NCBI GenBank assembly: GCA_951406725.2
Contig: OX597820.1
Location: forward strand, 121,272,001 to 121,336,000
DNA length: 64,000 bases
Reading direction: 5' to 3'
Source of the DNA: Octopus vulgaris
Lineage: Eukaryota
Below, piece after piece: positions 1 to 12,163 of this stretch. The notes under the pieces were generated by a model. It was not told where the DNA came from. It saw only the letters and a program-made list of their open reading frames with translations, and did not search any database. A program made the position numbers and the translations under genes. Numbering within the stretch: position 1 is the first letter of the stretch; every line of letters starts with the position of its first letter.

Positions 1-86
1 ATGGTCTTTCTATAGCACTTATTCAGCATTACCTGACACCTTTGGGTCTCAATGACACCCTTATCTCAACTATATATATATATATA

Positions 87-492
87 GGTGCAGGAGTGGC
101 TGTGTGGTAAGAAGCTTGCTTACCAACCACATGGTTCCGGGTTCAGTCCCTCTGCGTGGCATCTTGGGCAAGTGTCTTCTACTATAGCCTCGGGGCAACC
201 AAATCCTTGTGAGTGAATTTGGTAGATGGAAACTGAAAGAAGCTCGTCGTATATATGTATATGTATATATATATGTGTGTATGTTTGTGTGTCTGTGTTT
301 GTCCCCCTAGCATTGCTTGACAACCGATGCTGGTGTGTTTATGTCCCCGTCACTTAGCGGTTCGGCAAAAGAGACCGATAGAATAAGTAATGGGCTTACA
401 AAGAATAAGTCCCGGGGTCGATTTGCTCGACTAAAGGCGGTGCTCCAGCATGGCCGCAGTCAAATGACTGAAACAAGTAAAAGAGTAAAAGA
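87..492 (+). mobile_element. tRNA-derived CORE-type SINE, family A (~400 bp), full length
   Basis: A-box-like TGGCTGTGTGG, B-box-like GGTTCAGTCCC, CORE-like CTTGGGCAAGT, internal (TA)/(TG) microsatellite, (GAGTAAAA)n tail; flanked by (TA)n; near-identical copies elsewhere in window. Confidence 0.9.
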
Positions 493-513
493 ATATATAT
501 ATATATATATATA

Positions 514-1040
514 CTATAAAGTGAAAGGGGTACAGTGAATTTGGTGTGAAGAGTGGAATATCCAACGTTTCTGATTCAATCCTTCGTCAGTGGGGAAGAG
601 AAAAAGACAAGAAAAAAGAAACCAGAGTTACATCCTCTCAGCTTGAAAAACTGGCTGCAAATGATAATGGACGCAGAATAACGCGGGCAGATAACGAGAA
701 ACAGAAGTTATGGGAGAGGGCGTGCAGAAAGGAGGAGGAAAAGTCTGATGGAGAGAGTAGATGTAAGTAAATACGGGAATGTTGCAGACAGAGGAGGGAA
801 GGATGATTAAAAAGGGTCCAAAAGAATTAAGATTAAGTGAAAGGGTGAATGGAAAAACGTTCTAACAGGTGTTAGAGATATAGTGCGAAGATCAAATATG
901 AAACGTTGCTGCTTTTATTTCCTTGAGAAGGTGGATCCGTGGTGCAAAGCCATGCCACACACTGATAAATCTGGAATATAAGTGATTCATATTGTTGAAG
1001 TGGGTAGCGACAGGTTGACCTGGCATACGTAACATTATGC
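514..1040 (-). mobile_element. Degenerate Penelope-like element 3' end (GIY-YIG C-terminus + 3' UTR with hammerhead-like motif)
   Basis: Minus-strand translation across a frameshift and stop: PGQPVATHFNNMNH / PDLSVCGMALHHGSTFSRK*KQQRFIFDLRTIS, matching the PLE endonuclease tail PVAxHFN..H..D..V.G...RK..EQ..IF.L.T; ends at (TA)n. Confidence 0.75.
561..595 (-). ncRNA. Degenerate minimal type-I hammerhead ribozyme motif
   Basis: Minus: CCCCA-CUGACGA-A-GGAU-UGA-AUCA-GAAA-CGUU-GGA; canonical core boxes, palindromic ACGU stem III, mismatches in stems I and II. Confidence 0.65.
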
Positions 1041-1049
1041 TTTTATCAC

Positions 1050-2140
1050 TCACTGTTAGCTGTTCAAATCCTACCAAGGTCCAACTTCGCCTTTCATCAC
1101 TCATGGGTCCGATGTAATTAAGTATCAGAGACAGGAATTGCTGCTGTCGACTAATCTTCTCCCTTCAGACATTCTAGAAGAATGACTAAACTACCAACAG
1201 TTATCCCTACCCTCTTTGTTGTTACTGTAATTGGTTTTAAATGCTGGTACAAGGCCTGCAAGTTCGTGGGATGGAGTAAGGCGATCACGTCGACCCCAGT
1301 CATCAAAAAGTACTTAATTGATCGACCCGAAGGGATGAAAGGCAAAATCGATCTTAGAACGTAAAGACGGACGAAATGCCACTGAGTATTTCGCTCGGCA
1401 TGCTCTACGATTCCGCCTGCTCCCCACCTTTCTTTGATGTTACATTAATACTGTATAATATTAGAATTACACTTAAAGCGGCCAACCGGCAGAGTCGGTA
1501 GCGGTCCGGGCTAAAATCCTCGGCAGCATTTCGTCTATATTTACGTTCTGAGTTCAAATTCCGCCGAGGTTGACTTTGATTTTCATCAATTCGGATTCGA
1601 TAAAATAAGTACCAGTTGAATACTGAGGGTCCATGTATTCGACTTAGCCTCCTCCTCCCGAACTTTTTAGCTGTCTGCCAAAATTTGGAACCAATATCAC
1701 AGATGTACTTGTCTTAACTTTATCATGTAACACTTCTTGTTATTAATACTGCTACTCATATTCTTTTCTACTCTAAGCACAAAGCCCGAAATCCTTTTTT
1801 TTTTTTTGGCGGGTGGGGAGCAGTCAATTAGATCGACCCCAGTACGCAACTGGTACTTAATTTATCGATTCCAACAGGATGAATGGCAAAGTCGACCTCG
1901 TCGGGACTGCTTCTCTTATATTACTATAATTATATTATCAATGTTGTAGTTACGTTACTCTTCTGAAGGCGGCGAGTTGGTATTTCGTCTGTCTTTATGT
2001 TCTGAGTTCAAATTCTGCCGAGATCGACTTTGCCTTTCATCCCTTTGGGGTCGATAAATTAAATACCAGTTGCATAATGGTGTCAATCTAATCGACTGAT
2101 TCCTCCCCCAAAATTTCAGGCCTTGTGCCTAGAGTAAAAA
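1050..2140. mobile_element. Cluster of Nin/Deu-domain SINE (family B) copies in alternating orientation: ~1050-1160(+), ~1230-1410(-), 1476-1697(+), ~1764-1905(-), 1966-2140(+)
   Basis: Each carries variants of GTTCAAATTCCGCCGAGGTCGACTTTGCCTTTCATCCTTTCGGGGTCGATAAATTAAGTACCAG or its reverse complement. Confidence 0.85.
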
Positions 2141-2346
2141 CGTTATGCTACTCTGCTGGTTGTTGAGGCTCTTATGCTATTACAGCTGTTGTGAAATTAG
2201 TGCATTTGTTTAATTTATGCTGTTCTATATCTGTTCTTCTCATTAATGCTGTGATGATAACTTTGCTACATGAATTATCCTTGTTATATTTCTGCTATTC
2301 TAACATTACTGTGGTGGTTTTTATTCTCCAGACCTTCCTATAGTAT

Positions 2347-2767
2347 TTCTTATTTCTTTGTTGCCCACAAGGAGCTAAACAGATGGGACAAACAAGGACA
2401 GACAAAGGGATTAAGTCGATTAGATCGACCCCACTGCGTAACTTGGTACTTATTTAATCGACCCCGAAAAGATGAAAGGCAAAGTCGACCTCGGCAGAAT
2501 TTGAACTCAGAACGTAACGGCAAGCGATATACCTATTTCTTTATTACCCACAAGGGGCTAAACATAGAGGCGACAAACAAGGAGAGACATAGGTATTAAG
2601 TCGATTAGATCGACCCCACTGCGTTACTTGGTACGTAATTAATCGACTCCGAAAGGATGAAAGGCAAAGTCGACCTCGGCGGAATTTGAACTCAGAACAT
2701 AACGGCAGGCGAAATACCGCAAAGCATTTCGCCCGGCGTGCTAACGTTTCTGCCAGCTCGCCGCCTT
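2347..2767 (-). mobile_element. Family B SINE, tandem (one full copy plus one 5'-truncated copy)
   Basis: Two head-to-tail units (~2347-2530, ~2530-2767) sharing CCACAAGG..ATTAAGTCGATTAGATCGACCCCACTGCG..GGCAAAGTCGACCTCGGC. Confidence 0.85.
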
Positions 2768-2862
2768 AAAACTTCCTATATTCACGTGACATTGTTTTTA
2801 TTGGTTTATAATAACTTTCTCATTGTTATAATACTGCCATTATCATTGTTGTTACAATACAC

Positions 2863-3280
2863 GGATCTTTTCGGTTTGAACGGCAGTTTTTTTCTAGCGG
2901 TGTCATATGAAATTGTCACCCATAATTATGACCCTAGTATCGATCTATTGTATTTCAATCTGTTTTAAGGTTAGTTAGGGTTAGGGGTGGGGGGAAGGGT
3001 ATCTTTTTTTTTCTTCGCAAATGTAAATAAACCCAATCTGTTTCTTAAACGAGGGACATATTCATACGGCACAGAATGCTTTTTACCTCAATAGACGTAT
3101 TTGATTGATTGAAATTGCAGAAATTGAAGAAAAAAAATATCTTACAAACTATAGAATTTTCTCAATAAAGCCAAGAGAAAAAGATGTTTTATAAACACAT
3201 TCTACCAGTATACGAAGTTTAAAATTTTTTAGTTACCTAGAAATTACGTTAAAAACTGCCGTTCAAACCGAAAAGAGACC
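2863..3280. mobile_element. MITE, Merlin-like (GG termini, ~29-bp TIR, 8-bp TSD), copy 1
   Basis: TIR GGATCTTTTCGGTTTGAACGGCAGTTTTT; TSD CAATACAC at 2855-2862 and 3281-3288; superfamily call is inference. Confidence 0.9.
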
Positions 3281-3829
3281 CAATACACTGTTTTTTAAAA
3301 TTATATCTGTATTACCTGTGCAACATTAATTGTATTGTCTTCTTTGCTGTTTTCCTATTTACTCCTGCAGTTTATATTGATGTTGTTATTATTGCAATGT
3401 AACCGCTGCTACAAATCCTATTTTCCTGTTGCTCTTTCAATATTACCATTATTGTTATATTGCAGCTGCTGTTCTATTCTATATTATTTTTATTTATTTT
3501 TTATTTTATTTTATTTTATCTAGTTTCAGCTCACGAGCTGTGGCCATGCTGGAGCACCGCCATTGTTGCCATTACTGTAATATTAATGTTATTATTATTA
3601 TTGTTATACGACTGCTGTTATTTGTTATACGTCGTTGTTGTTGTTGTTGTTGCTGCTGCTGTATTACTGTTTCAATGCCACTGTTAGGACAATTGTTGTT
3701 ATTGTTGTTGCTGCTGCTGTTGTTGTTGTTGTTGTTGTTGTTGTTGCTACTGTTGCTGTAACATTACTGTTGCATTTCATGTTGCTTTTAAATCCCATAA
3801 CATTGATGGTGCCATAAGTGGAAGTAGAA

Positions 3830-4655
3830 TCGCTTAGCTACCTGCGCCGCCGCCGCACCCACCGATCCCCCTTCGCCATCCCACCCACCCCCACCCCTCC
3901 ATGCCACCCGCTCTCTCCACCATTCCTACCACGCATTCTCTCTCGCTTCTCAAACCTTCGACCGCCCGACCGCCCGACCGCCCGCCTGCCCCCACCACCA
4001 CCACCACCACCACCACCACCACCACACCTGCATCTACCATCATTTCCCTAAATAAAGCCACCACCATTCCACCAACATAACCGCGACATGCATTGATTCA
4101 CCCTCACCACCCACCCACCCAACCACCACCACCACCACCACCACCACACCCTCACCCACACCCTCACCACACACCTACTTTTCCAATATTGGCAGGAATT
4201 CCCCTGACTAGTCTCTACACTATAATGGTAAAGCATTGGAATGTCTGGAATGCGAAAGGTATGCAACAATCCACAATAATAGACCGGCGCTGTTTGAGTA
4301 TGATGACAGCGGAAGCTGGGCTGGAGGCAAATGGCGGTGGCGCGGTGGCGGCGGCGGCGGCGGTGGTGGTGGTGGTGGTGGTGGTGATGGTGATGGTATG
4401 ATGGATACAGGTGGTGAAGTGATGGTTGTTGACTTGGCGTTGGGAGTTGGAGAGTGGGGGGGAGGCGGGTGTGGTGGTGGTGGTGGTGCTGAGAGTTTAG
4501 AGTTGAGGGTTCGATAGGGGGGGTGTTGGGGTGAGAGGAGGAGGAGGAGGGGGGAAGAGTAGGACTGTCGATGTTTCAGGGTTGATAAGTTGGTTATCGA
4601 GTTTTCATGGGAAAGTAGGGAAAGATAGGTAGATGGAAGGATAAAAAGAGAATGG

Positions 4656-4687
<32 letters not shown>

Positions 4688-4780
4688 CAGAGAGAGACAG
4701 AGAGAGACAGAGAGAGACAGAGAGAGAGAGGGACTGATAGATGAATAGAGATAAAAACAAATACAGAAATATATATATAT

Positions 4781-4834
<54 letters not shown>

Positions 4835-5148
4835 TCTGTATCTGAGTTGATTACATAATGATGATGATGGTGAAGATAATGACGATTATTATTATTATTA
4901 TTATTATTATTATTGTTATTACTATTATTATTATTATTATTATTATTATCATTCTGAAGTTAGATTTTCATCGCGAGCCTTCACCGAATCTACGATATGT
5001 AGAATCTAGTAGTAGTAGTACTAGTAGTAGTAGTGGCGGTAGTGGTAGGGGTTGTGGTGGGAGGGGTAGTGATGGTGTTTATGCAGTAGTAATAAAAGCA
5101 GAAGCAGAAGCAGCAGTAGCAGCAGCAACAGCGGTAGTGGTGGTAGTG

Positions 5149-5181
<33 letters not shown>

Positions 5182-5331
5182 ATAGTAGTGGTGGTGGTGG
5201 TGTTGGTAGTAGTAGTAGTGGTAGTAGTAGTGGTGGTGGTGGTAGTAGTAGTGGTAACAGTAGTGGTGGTGGTGGTAGTGGTAGTAGTAGTAGTGGTAAT
5301 AGTAGTGGTAATGGTAGTGGTAGTAGTAGTG

Positions 5332-5368
<37 letters not shown>

Positions 5369-5377
5369 TAGTAGTGC

Positions 5378-5409
<32 letters not shown>

Positions 5410-5738
5410 ATAGTAGTAGTAGTAGTAGTGACATTGGTGGTGGGAATTGTTGAAGATTTTCTAAAGGAGTAGTAAGTTGGCCCCTTGCTTGATGAAAATA
5501 TATTGAGGGAAGTAAATTTTATTAGGGATTGCAGTGGTGGCGGGGTGAGGTAGGGGTTAGCTGATACAAATTAGCTTTCGATGCACAAGTGATCGTTATA
5601 GATAAAAATATATATGAAGTTGAGCCACGGGGGCGCTGTAGTCTTTGAGGTGAAGGCGGTGGTGTTGGTGGTGGTGGTGGTGGTGGTGGTTCAAGCTGTG
5701 GTGGTTTGAATTGCGGTGGTTGCAGATATACCTGGTCT

Positions 5739-5783
<45 letters not shown>

Positions 5784-7032
5784 TGGTGGTGGCGGTGGTG
5801 GTGGTGGTGGTTGAAGCTGTGGTGGTTTGAGTTGCGGTGGTTGCAGATATGCCTGGTCTCGGTGGTGGTGGTGGTGGTAGTGGTGGTGGTGGTGGTGGTA
5901 GTGGTGGTGGTGGTGGTGGTGGTTTGAGTTGCGGTAGTTGCAGATATGCCTGGTCTCGTTGGTGGTAGTGGTGGTGGTGGTAGTGCTGGTGGTGTTGGTG
6001 GTGGTGGTGGTGGTGGTAGTGGTAGTGGTGGTGGTGTTGGTGGTGGTGGTGGTGGTCGGTGGCGTGCTGGCTCAACGTATGGTGATTGCAAATGTGAGGT
6101 GTTGGTGGTAGTCGTAGTGGTATGTCGTTTTGTGGATGGTTGAGGGTGTAGGTGGTGGTAGCGGTGGTGATGGTATTGTGATTGGCAATGGTTTGGTTTT
6201 TGTCCTGACTGTTTGTGTCACGGGGTGGGGTGGAGGTGAAGGGTGGCGGCGGTGGTTGTCGGGTCAATGTGGATGAGAGTAGAAGCATTGTTGCTATTGG
6301 CAGTGGTGATGATGGTGGGGTGGTTACGGTGGTAGTGGTTGTGGTGATATTGTTGTTAGTGGTGGTGGTGGAGGTTGCGTTGGCGGTTGTGATGATAGAA
6401 ATGATGGTTGTGGTGATGGTTGTAGTGGTGGTAGTATTGGTAATGATTGTGGTGGTGGTGGTGGTGGTGGTGCCGGTTGTGCTGATAGTGGTGATGGTTG
6501 TGGTGGTGGTGGTGGTGGTGGTGGTGGTAGTGGTGTGTTTGTGGTGATGTTTTTGCTGGTTGCGTTAGTAGTGGCGGTAGTAATGCTGGTGGTGGTGGTG
6601 GTAGTGATGGTTGTGGTGGTGGTAGTAGTGTGTTTGTGGTGGTGTTTTTGCTGGTTGCGTTAGTAGTGGCGGTAGTAATGCTGGTGGTGGTGGTGTTAGT
6701 GGTGATGGTTGTGGTGGTAGTGGCGGTTGTAGTGATGATGGTGGTGGTAATCTCGCGGTGAGAATACAATGAATGGTTGTAGAATTATTGATAAAAATCT
6801 TGTTAGAAATGAATGTTGCGGTGGAAGTGCAAGTGGTGGAGATTGTAGTGGCATGTAGTCGTGGTAGCAATGCTGGTGGTGTCGTCGATGGGGATGTAGT
6901 GGTGTTGATGCTGTTGGCCGTGAGCAATGGTTGTGGAAATGGTGGTGACCCCAAAAAAGGTGACGATGTAGCGCAAGAATATAATACAGGCGTTTTAAGA
7001 GGAAAAGGAGATTTTGATGAAGATGACGACGT

Positions 7033-7064
<32 letters not shown>

Positions 7065-7133
7065 GGGAGGAGAAGGAAGAAGATAGTAATGTCGAAGATA
7101 TTGGAGATGGTGATGAGGAGGAGGAGGATGATG

Positions 7134-7176
<43 letters not shown>

Positions 7177-7207
7177 GGAGGAGGAGGAGGAGGAGGAGGA
7201 GGAGGAG

Positions 7208-7267
<60 letters not shown>

Positions 7268-7440
7268 AAGATAGTAATGTCGAAGATATTGGAGATGGTG
7301 ATGAGGAGGAGGAGGAAGAGGAGAAGGTGGGATAATAAAGACGGTGATATTGGTGGTGATGATGATGATGAGGAGGAGGAGGAGGGATAATAACGAGGGT
7401 GATATTGGTGGTCATGATGGTGGTGATGATGATGATGACC
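3830..7440. repeat. Compound low-complexity region: (CCA)n, (GGT)n, (GA)n, (ATT)n, (GTA)n, (GAT)n/(GAG)n with internal block duplications
   Basis: Direct reading; source of the poly-P/V/H/D/E ORFs. Confidence 0.95.
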
Positions 7441-7869
7441 TTAGGATTGTGTATTCGATCTACCTGCAGAAACACGTTGCTGCACAATCCATTTTGAAAG
7501 CTACCAAGTGAGGTGCACCCTAGCTGTCATTATTGTCGGTTTATGGCGATTATCTGAAGGAATTTCACAAGAAGATTTCAGAAGTGTAAAATACGTAAGG
7601 CAGTTTAAGATTTTCTTTACTCTTAATAACGAATAACTTGAAGTTAGAGTCATGACTCTGTTGTAAAGATTTGATTTCGTATATCTTATAAATTAAATAT
7701 GTAGGGATTTATAAACTAGTTCGCTTGTAACATTCGCGTAACTAAATTAACTGAAACACAATAGATATTCCCTCGCTACCAAAGTTTTAGTAACACACAC
7801 ACGCACACACACATGTCTATATGCAAAGCTTCAAGTTGAATTCAACCACTTTCTCGCAGCTAATCCATT

Positions 7870-8000
7870 ATACAATGGGGTGGCCAAAAGGCACCCGACA
7901 GTGAATGAAAATTTGATAAATATTGTCTGTAATTCTGTATTGACTCGAATGGCAAAATGTGTCGCTCAAGAAGAACTTCAGTTTGAACAATTTTCATGAT
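7870..8000 (+). mobile_element. Tc1/mariner-derived miniature remnant
   Basis: TA-CAATGGGGTGGCCAAAA terminus followed by VLTRMAKCVAQEELQFEQF, resembling the R...C...G..FE C-terminus of Tc1/mariner transposases. Confidence 0.45.
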
Positions 8001-8225
8001 TTCGTTTTGGGATTTGGTTTGCAAGATTCTTTATATGAGTTCGTGTGTTGAAGCATATTCTGTTGTGTCTGGGGAGAGTCATTTTCTTTTTGTGCCTTAT
8101 AATGTAACACACTCACCGGTAAAATTTCCACTTAAAATAAAAATGAGAAACAAGTGGAAATTTTACCTCTGAATGTGTTACATTATAAGGCACAAAAAGA
8201 AAATGACTCTCCCCAGACATAACAG
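8001..8225. mobile_element. Fold-back (palindromic) interspersed element, copy 1, with 12-bp flanking direct repeat
   Basis: Inverted arms ~8057-8133 / ~8152-8228; AATTTTCATGAT at 7989-8000 and 8226-8237; homolog at 60196-60530. Confidence 0.8.
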
Positions 8226-8243
8226 AATTTTCATGATGTTTTA

Positions 8244-8469
8244 TACTCTTTTACTCTTTTACTCTTTTACTTGTTTTAGTCATTTGACTGTGGCCATGCT
8301 GGAGCACCGCCTGTAGTCGAGCAAATCGACCACAGGACTTATTCTTTGTAAGCCTAGTACTTATTCTATCAGTCTCTTTTGCCGAACCGCTAAGTTACGG
8401 TGACGTAAACACACCAGTATCGGTTGTCAAGCGATGGTGTGTGTGTGTGGGGGGCAAACACAGACACAA

Positions 8470-8510
<41 letters not shown>

Positions 8511-8702
8511 TATATATATATATATACATATATACGACGGGCTTCTTTCAGTTTCCGTCTACCAAATCCACTAACAAGGCTTTGGTTGGCCCGTGGCTAT
8601 AATAGAAGACACTTGCCCAAGGTGCCATGCAGTGGAACTGAACCTGGAACCATGTGATGTGGTTCGTAAGCAAGCTACTTACCACACAGCCACTCCTACG
8701 CC
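8244..8702 (-). mobile_element. SINE family A, full length
   Basis: Reverse complement of the 87-492 element. Confidence 0.9.
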
Positions 8703-9439
8703 TTTTATATTTAGATGCTTTTATTAAATTCATTCAGTTGTTAAACATAAATAAATCTTGGAAGTAAATGTTTTTGATTTACTGTCAGGTGACTTTTGGC
8801 CATTCCTGTATGTGATATAAAATGTTCTAACTGATTCAGGCACACAAGGAAGATGGAAGGATGCAATCACGATGCTGCACACGACGCAGACTTGATCGCA
8901 AAACGGTACAATGAACGCTGCGTCTTGAAACAAAAGAAGGAAGTGACTTTCTGGATTCATAAGCTTTTTGTAGGTCGTAAGGTCAATGGAAAGCAACAAA
9001 AGGAAGGAAAGAGTTAGGACGAACATCGTTTATCACCGATGCTCATTCTATTCTAACGAGTCGGGGGTTTTTTCACGTAGGAATTTATGCATTTCTATCT
9101 GTTTTCACATACTTACAAATACAAATGTGTGTATGAATGCTGGTGTGTATGCATGTTTGTGTATATGCGTGCGTGTGAGTTTTACCGGTCGGATGCACAT
9201 ACGAGAGAAATTGTGCAGAAGAACTGAATAAATGCAGCTTTATTTATTAGTTTGGAGATGATCATTCCGTGGTTTAAAATGAGAGAGAGAGAGAGAGAGG
9301 AGAGAAAGGGGGGAGAGAAAGAGGGGAGAGAGAGGTTTTTGAGTTGAGAACGAGTGAATCATCAGCCCGCGCGCGCGCACGTTTAAGTACATGCATACAT
9401 CTGTGTTTGCGTGTGCGTATGCACTTGTATATATATGTG

Positions 9440-9484
<45 letters not shown>

Positions 9485-9490
9485 ACGTGC

Positions 9491-9521
<31 letters not shown>

Positions 9522-9522
9522 T

Positions 9523-9578
<56 letters not shown>

Positions 9579-10549
9579 TTGCATACATATATATAAATAT
9601 ATACATATGTATATCCATACAATATATATTGTGTATATCTGTATTTATCCGATGTTTTCCCTTGAGCCTGGCTAGAATTGTTAATTGGTAAATGGTTTTC
9701 TCGTCAGTGGGAATAGTGGCATGCATGGGCGGGGGGTAGGGTGCGTCCATCAATCGATCAGCTCTGAGAACGGTTCTATTGCAATTATGACAGTGTTAAG
9801 ACTTAATTGTTGTAATTGTCATTACAGAGTGAGAAATGAAGAACAGCAATAACACGAAGAACAATTCTGTGATCGGTGGAGGGGACGACGATAAAGCTGC
9901 TGCTACTGTTGCTGCTGCTGCTGCTGCTGCTGTTGGTGATGATGATGATGATGATGACGGAGAACATGATGACAAAAGATGTTTAAAATGTCAACATACC
10001 GACGATCATTCCTGACAACAACCAAATAAGTTTCATCAATTATTTTTTCATAAGTAAGTCACTTTACAAATATTTTCTTTCGTTCGATCTACCTCAAGAC
10101 CTTTCCTTTGCAGAATACAAACCGGTCAGTAACAGAATGGTGATGATTCTTTTGCTTAAGACGAGACAGTTCTTGGGGTTTGTATTTACCTGAATTGGTG
10201 GATATGTGCACACGTTCGTGCGTGCTGTGTGCGTGTTGAGCGCTTGTTGATAAACTCTCACTCGTGGCTGCAAGTCTATCCACAAAGAACACACGTGTGT
10301 CTGATTCATTGCTGTAGATATGTGAACGTGCAGATGTAAGATAGTAATGCATTTGTTCACCTAAGGACCTCAAATTTAGAATCTCTGGAATATTCTACAT
10401 ATCCTGATTGGATCTGAAGAATGCGAGTCAGTTTGCTCTCTTATTTTTATGCGAACCACAAAATTTCTAGGTTTCTGCGCAAACCTGTTGCTACGTGGCA
10501 CACTGTACCTGTCAAAACAGAAACAAGTGGATATGAGTTCATGACCAGT

Positions 10550-10780
10550 TTAGACCAGCCAGGACATGAGATCTCGTTTCTCTATTAGTTCTCCATATAT
10601 GTCCTCCGTTTCCTCATGTTTTGAGGAGATATTACCCTCCACTGGGAGCCGGTCACTACAACGACGCATTACGTTGACTCCCCTGTCGAGCACAACCATA
10701 TTCAGCATGTTGTTCTTCAACCGGATGGCCGTTTTTACTGGAATGTCCCCCCAGTATTCTTTATCTCAGAAATTTCATTC
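10550..10780 (-). mobile_element. Degenerate non-LTR retrotransposon fragment (restriction-like endonuclease domain)
   Basis: Minus translation DIPVKTAIRLKNN..MVVLDR...GNISSKHEETEDIYGELI, paralleling REKEIIYGELM in the 59215-59720 fragment. Confidence 0.5.
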
Positions 10781-11246
10781 AATATAATCATTATGCTTGG
10801 CATTCCTATCACTCTTTAAGGCAATTAACCAAATCCATGGAATTGGTTCCTTAGATATCTTTATTTTTTTATTGTGGATTATGCAAACTACATTTGGTTA
10901 AAAAATGTGTAGCCCAATTTTCGGTATGTAAATGTCTGTTTACTGGTCTCCAGGCTCAGGTATACAACATTATGCAGACGAGGTCAATGCATTAAAACAC
11001 ATACACGCAGTTATCTTTTCTTGGCGAAAATGGTTCATTCTTTTGGAGAAGAGCTGTGAAAAAACTTGATGGGTCTCAGTCTTGTTTCATATTTGTTTAT
11101 ACACACCTACATGCTCATATTTGTGTGTGTTCATGACTATGTGTCTAATGATATACGCACAACTACAGACTAATAGGAAAAATGGGAGTCATAATATTCT
11201 TAGGTAAATGAATATGAAATACAGAAGAAATGCAATTTATAAAATA

Positions 11247-11642
11247 CTAGCAGTATCGCCCGGCGTTGCTCGGGTTTGTAAGGGAAATAACTATATCAGC
11301 ATTTTTAGAGAAGTTATAGCCAAAAAATAGCAAAAAAATGCATTAAAAATGGAAAAAAATTATGCTAATTTTTTTTTAATCGTTGACTCATCGTAGACAT
11401 TTTTAGAGAGTTACTTCCCTTATATAATAGCGAAAAAAATGCATTAAAATGGAAAAAATTATGGTAAATTATTTTTAAAATCGTATACTCATCGTAGACG
11501 CTCGCTAATACCCAAAAGGGCTCGATATGAATCACGACTATAAGATACCCGCTTTTGGTTACACTGCCCCGCAAAATGTGGGAGTAGTTAGGAATCTAAA
11601 TCGTAGGAGACAGACACACAGCTTGACTTTTATATATAAAGA
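11247..11642 (-). mobile_element. Non-autonomous Helitron
   Basis: Minus: A|TCTTTATATATAAAA...CCCGAGCAACGCCGGG hairpin-CGATACTG-CTAG|T; no TSD; internal ~100-bp tandem duplication (11300-11498). Confidence 0.85.
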
Positions 11643-11729
11643 TTTCAATGAATACGGAATATGGCTAAATATGAAGATCATTATTTTCTTAATAGGGTAT
11701 ATCAGTTCTGCATTGATAGAAAAAAGAAG

Positions 11730-12163
11730 GGATCTTTTCGGTTTGAACGGCAGATTTTTCTAGTCGTGTAATATGAAATTGTCACCCATACTTATGACCC
11801 TAGTATCGATCTATTGCATTTCAAACTCTTTTAGGTTTAGGGTTAGTTAGGGTTAGGGTTAGGAGTGGTGGGGAAGGGTATCTTTCTTTCTTCACAAATG
11901 TAAATAAACCCAATCTGTTTCTTAAACGTGGGACATATTCATACGGCACAGAATGTTTTTTTTTTTTACCTCAATAGACGTATTTGATTGGTTGAAATTG
12001 CAGAAATTGAAGAAAAAAAAATATCTTACAAACTATAGAATTTTCTCAATAAAGCCAAGAGAAAAAGATGTTTTATAAACACATTCTAACACTATACGAA
12101 GTTAAAAATTTTTTAGTTACCTAGAAATTATGTTAAAAACTGCCGTTCAAACCGAAAAGATCC
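11730..12163. mobile_element. Merlin-like MITE, copy 2
   Basis: Same TIRs; TSD AAAAGAAG at 11722-11729 and 12164-12171. Confidence 0.92.

Noticed and set aside
5680-5960. CRISPR-like repeat-spacer pattern
   Set aside because: Spacers are (GGT)n microsatellite, context is eukaryotic, no cas genes
4858-7487. Long ORFs (poly-V/P/H/T and the acidic 6773-7390 frame)
   Set aside because: Open in several frames on both strands because of triplet repeats; no domain or splice evidence
11830-11875. Telomere or chromosome-fusion relic
   Set aside because: TTAGGG units are internal to a MITE present three times
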